DNA of 11,931 bases, from IMG/VR virus record IMGVR_UViG_2529292834_000013; one strand, written 5' to 3'. Source of the stretch: a virus (taxonomy: Duplodnaviria > Heunggongvirae > Uroviricota > Caudoviricetes). Shown piece after piece: positions 8,748 through 11,931 of this stretch. Below the pieces are notes generated by a model. It ran no database searches and was not told the DNA's origin. It saw only the letters and a program-made list of their open reading frames with translations. Every line of letters begins with the position of its first letter. The first letter of the stretch is position 1. A program made the position numbers and the translations under genes.

Positions 8748-9266
8748 ATGCTTATTGGCTATGTTCGCGTATCAACAAATGACCAGAACACCGATCTACA
8801 ACGTAATGCGTTGAACTGTGCAGGATGCGAGCTGATTTTTGAAGACAAGATAAGCGGTACAAAGTCCGAAAGGCTGGGACTGAAAAAACTGCTCAGGACA
8901 TTATCGGCAGGTGACACTCTGGTTGTCTGGAAGCTGGATCGGCTGGGGCGTAGTATGCGGCATCTGGTCATTCTGGTTGAGGAGTTGCGCGAACGTGGCG
9001 TTAATTTTCGCAGCCTGACGGATGCTATTGATACCAGCACGCCGATGGGGCGTTTTTTCTTTCATGTGATGGGTGCCCTGGCTGAAATGGAACGAGAACT
9101 GATTGTTGAACGAACAAAAGCTGGACTGGAAGCTGCTCGCGCACAGGGACGAATTGGTGGACGTCGTCCCAAACTTACACCAGAACAATGGGCACAAGCC
9201 GGACGATTAATTGCATCAGGAGTTCCTCGCCAGAAGGTGGCGATCATTTATGATGTTGGCGTATAG
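8748..9266 (+). CDS. pin: Second copy of the Pin-type DNA invertase, inverted relative to the first; frameshifted near the 3' end so the HTH recognition helix is missing (172 aa; probably defective or a pseudogene)
   Basis: About 98% identical to the left copy through ...QKVAIIYDVG, then V-stop instead of ISTLYKKFPVGDK. Substitutions P->L (KSERLGLKK) and V->A (NCAGCE). SD-like GGGGGA about 8 nt upstream of ATG 8748. Confidence 0.8.
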   Translation: MLIGYVRVSTNDQNTDLQRNALNCAGCELIFEDKISGTKSERLGLKKLLRTLSAGDTLVVWKLDRLGRSMRHLVILVEELRERGVNFRSLTDAIDTSTPMGRFFFHVMGALAEMERELIVERTKAGLEAARAQGRIGGRRPKLTPEQWAQAGRLIASGVPRQKVAIIYDVGV

Positions 9267-9359
9267 TCTTTGTATAAGAAGTTTCCAGTCGGAGATAAAT
9301 GAAACCGTAGCACGTCGTATGCAAGATCGTGCTGCGGTTTATGCTTATCACTTAAAGAC

Positions 9360-10229
<870 letters not shown>

Positions 10230-10310
10230 CTAAGTCTTTGAATTTACATAGTACAAAAAAGATACTTTTTCCTCATAATGTGAATTAATTTTATGTTTCG
10301 TTTTATGATT

Positions 10311-10376
10311 GGACCGGTCTCGAAAACCGGAGTAGGGGCAACTCTACCGGGGGTTCAAATCCCCCTCTCTCCGCCA
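10311..10376 (+). other. 3' 66 nt of a tRNA-Ser(CGA) gene (serU-like), anticodon arm to CCA; att-site remnant, not a functional tRNA
   Basis: GGACCGGTCTCGAAAACCGGAGTAGGGGCAACTCTACCGGGGGTTCAAATCCCCCTCTCTCCGCCA: anticodon stem CCGGT/ACCGG with loop CTCGAAA (anticodon CGA), long variable arm, T-arm GGGGG-TTCAAAT-CCCCC, acceptor 3' strand and CCA. Upstream sequence does not provide the acceptor 5' strand or D-arm. Confidence 0.65.
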
Positions 10377-10951
10377 CTTTATCAATGACTTATCTCCCGA
10401 CTTCCCGCCTTGCTTTTCCTAAACAGAACAATCGTAGAATATTCTTGAAGGGTTAGATCGTCACTGTTTTCTGTTCGATACTGTGACATTCAGCACTTGA
10501 TTCGCTATGGATCTGACAGGAAGGTTTCGAGCGAAAATCTGCAGTTATTCAGTCGTTTTCTTATCGGTCACCATTATTCTTTTAGACATTGATCCTACAA
10601 AGCTGCCGCAAAGTTGGTGGTGGGAACTGAAGTTGCGTAGAGAAGGGGTCAATACCCGGAGGCAAACATGGGCTGGCAAAAGTGTAGCGGTATTAGGCGA
10701 AGCTATTTAGCCTAGTTATATTTTATGAAAACTTGATATCATATAAGTGTCTTACTTATTGGCTGTAAATAAGTTTTTCCTAAGGAATTGTTTCTTGAGT
10801 ATCATTTGTAACTGTAACGGAATTTATAATCCTTTGCTTTATTGTTACGGTATTTTTTATCACACCCTATTTTTTATGTGGTTTTTTATACTGAAGTTTG
10901 GCAAAGTGAACTTTATATGCATATACTTCATCCTAGTTTCAGTTAAATTGG

Positions 10952-11704
10952 GTGGATGATATGGCAACTACATGTTCAGTTATATTGATTTTGGAGTCCT
11001 TTGATGTTTATTTAGGAAAAGAGATTGTGTTTCTGGAGAGAGGTTCATCTGTACTTGTCGACTCTAGCTCTAGAGATTTTTTCCTGACATATCCTGAAAG
11101 AGTGATAGTGGCGGATTTTGGCGCTGAGTTTATTAGTCGCTATTTGAAAGCTAATAACTTAAGGGATATTTCTGATTGTAGGGAATATCCATCTTATTTA
11201 AAAATAAACTTTGCTGACTTCAGTTTAATTAAAGGATTAATTAGTTGGGCTAATCACTGTGCTGAATACATAGAAATTTTTGATGAGTCTATTGCTTTTA
11301 CATGTCTCTCTGCATTTTCTTCTGAAAAACAATTTGGAGTATTTCTGTTTGGATGTTTGAAAAGCACAGGGGCTAAAGTTAAAACGATTATTCATACGGA
11401 TTTATCTGCACCATGGCGTCTTAAGGATATATCATCAAGATTATATCTCAGCGAAAGTTTACTAAAGAGGAAATTGAAAGAAGAGGGGGTATCATTCAGT
11501 AAGATCATACTTGATGAGAGGATGCAAATGGCTGAATATTTACTCAGCACTCGTTGTTATCCTATTAGTAAAGTAGCTAAGGTCTGTGGTTATGCCAGTG
11601 TCTCATACTTTACTTATGTATTTAGACGTTATTTTGGTGTTTCTCCAAGTCAATACTCTCAGAGGAGTTCAGAAAGTAAAATTCTTACTCACCAGGGAAT
11701 CTGA
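10952..11704 (+). CDS. AraC/XylS-family transcriptional regulator (YdeO/AppY/EnvY-like)
   Basis: C-terminal double HTH: PWRLKDISSRLYLSESLLKRKLKEEGVSFSKIILDERMQMAEYLL...VAKVCGYASVSYFTYVFRRYFGVSPSQY. AT-rich. The true start may be the second ATG at 10961 (better spacing from GGTGG at 10946-10950). Confidence 0.8.
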   Translation: MDDMATTCSVILILESFDVYLGKEIVFLERGSSVLVDSSSRDFFLTYPERVIVADFGAEFISRYLKANNLRDISDCREYPSYLKINFADFSLIKGLISWANHCAEYIEIFDESIAFTCLSAFSSEKQFGVFLFGCLKSTGAKVKTIIHTDLSAPWRLKDISSRLYLSESLLKRKLKEEGVSFSKIILDERMQMAEYLLSTRCYPISKVAKVCGYASVSYFTYVFRRYFGVSPSQYSQRSSESKILTHQGI

Positions 11705-11708
11705 TCAT

Positions 11709-11931
11709 TGTTCTTGCCCCCTTATTTCCAGACAGGGGGTGTATCTTAAGTTAACGTTACCCGCTGACGTCGATATTCTCGCAGAGAGCGATAACCCAAC
11801 GCACTGTGCGGATGGTTTTCATTGTAATGTTCGATCGCCACTGCAAGATTATGCAATGCCGTTCTTACATTCGGTTTCGGCATGAACGCGATGTAGTCTT
11901 CCTTCATCGTTTTCACGAACCTTTCTGCCAT
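11709..11931. mobile_element. End of an IS2-group (IS3-family) insertion sequence (partial; continues beyond the window)
   Basis: Terminal sequence TGTTCTTGCCCCCTTATTTCCAGAC resembles the IS2 terminus as I recall it (TGGATTTGCCCCTATATTTCCAGAC), followed by the transposase 3' end. Exact terminus is approximate. Confidence 0.55.
11746..11931 (-). CDS. IS3-family (IS2-like) transposase OrfB, C-terminal 61 codons; partial, upstream part outside the window
   Basis: Translation ...[55 protein letters not shown] carries the conserved [10 protein letters not shown] motif of IS3-family transposase C-termini. Confidence 0.75.
   Translation of the reverse strand: MAERFVKTMKEDYIAFMPKPNVRTALHNLAVAIEHYNENHPHSALGYRSLREYRRQRVTLT

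Larger units (their letters stand above)
8662..9339. repeat. Right arm of the ~675-bp inverted repeat (partner of 6277-6953)
   Basis: See left arm; the arms differ by a few substitutions and an indel near 9265. Confidence 0.85.

Noticed and set aside
10507-10959. ORFs 10507-10710 and 10747-10959 (+) upstream of the AraC gene
   Set aside because: AT-rich, Phe/Ile/Leu/Cys-rich low-complexity translations typical of random AT-rich DNA; no RBS.
11586-11885. ORF 11586-11885 (+)
   Set aside because: Runs across the AraC 3' end, the IS terminus and antisense to the IS transposase; a read-through artefact.

Overview
Mosaic accessory region of an enterobacterial (E. coli-like) chromosome; everything below is read by eye from the sequence and ORF track, with no searches run. 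Left to right: (1) the 3' end of an IS21-family element (istB tail) inserted into a P4-type tyrosine integrase gene; (2) a 46-nt 3' fragment of tRNA-Thr(CGU), an att-site remnant; (3) an AT-rich 4.45-kb gene for a 1484-aa STAND-class P-loop NTPase whose N- and C-terminal domains I cannot assign, the best candidate here for an undescribed single-gene defence system; (4) a Pin/Gin/Hin-type invertible tail-fibre cassette (two alternative fibre C-terminal domains and two tail-fibre assembly genes) that is unusually bracketed on both sides by inverted, slightly diverged copies of the invertase gene, one of them frameshifted; (5) a GIY-YIG nuclease-domain protein; (6) a 66-nt 3' fragment of tRNA-Ser(CGA), a second att remnant facing inward; (7) a YdeO/AppY-like AraC-family regulator; (8) the end of an IS2-group (IS3-family) element. 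No CRISPR array, no rRNA and no intact tRNA were seen. Recalled protein and tRNA similarities are from memory and need database confirmation.
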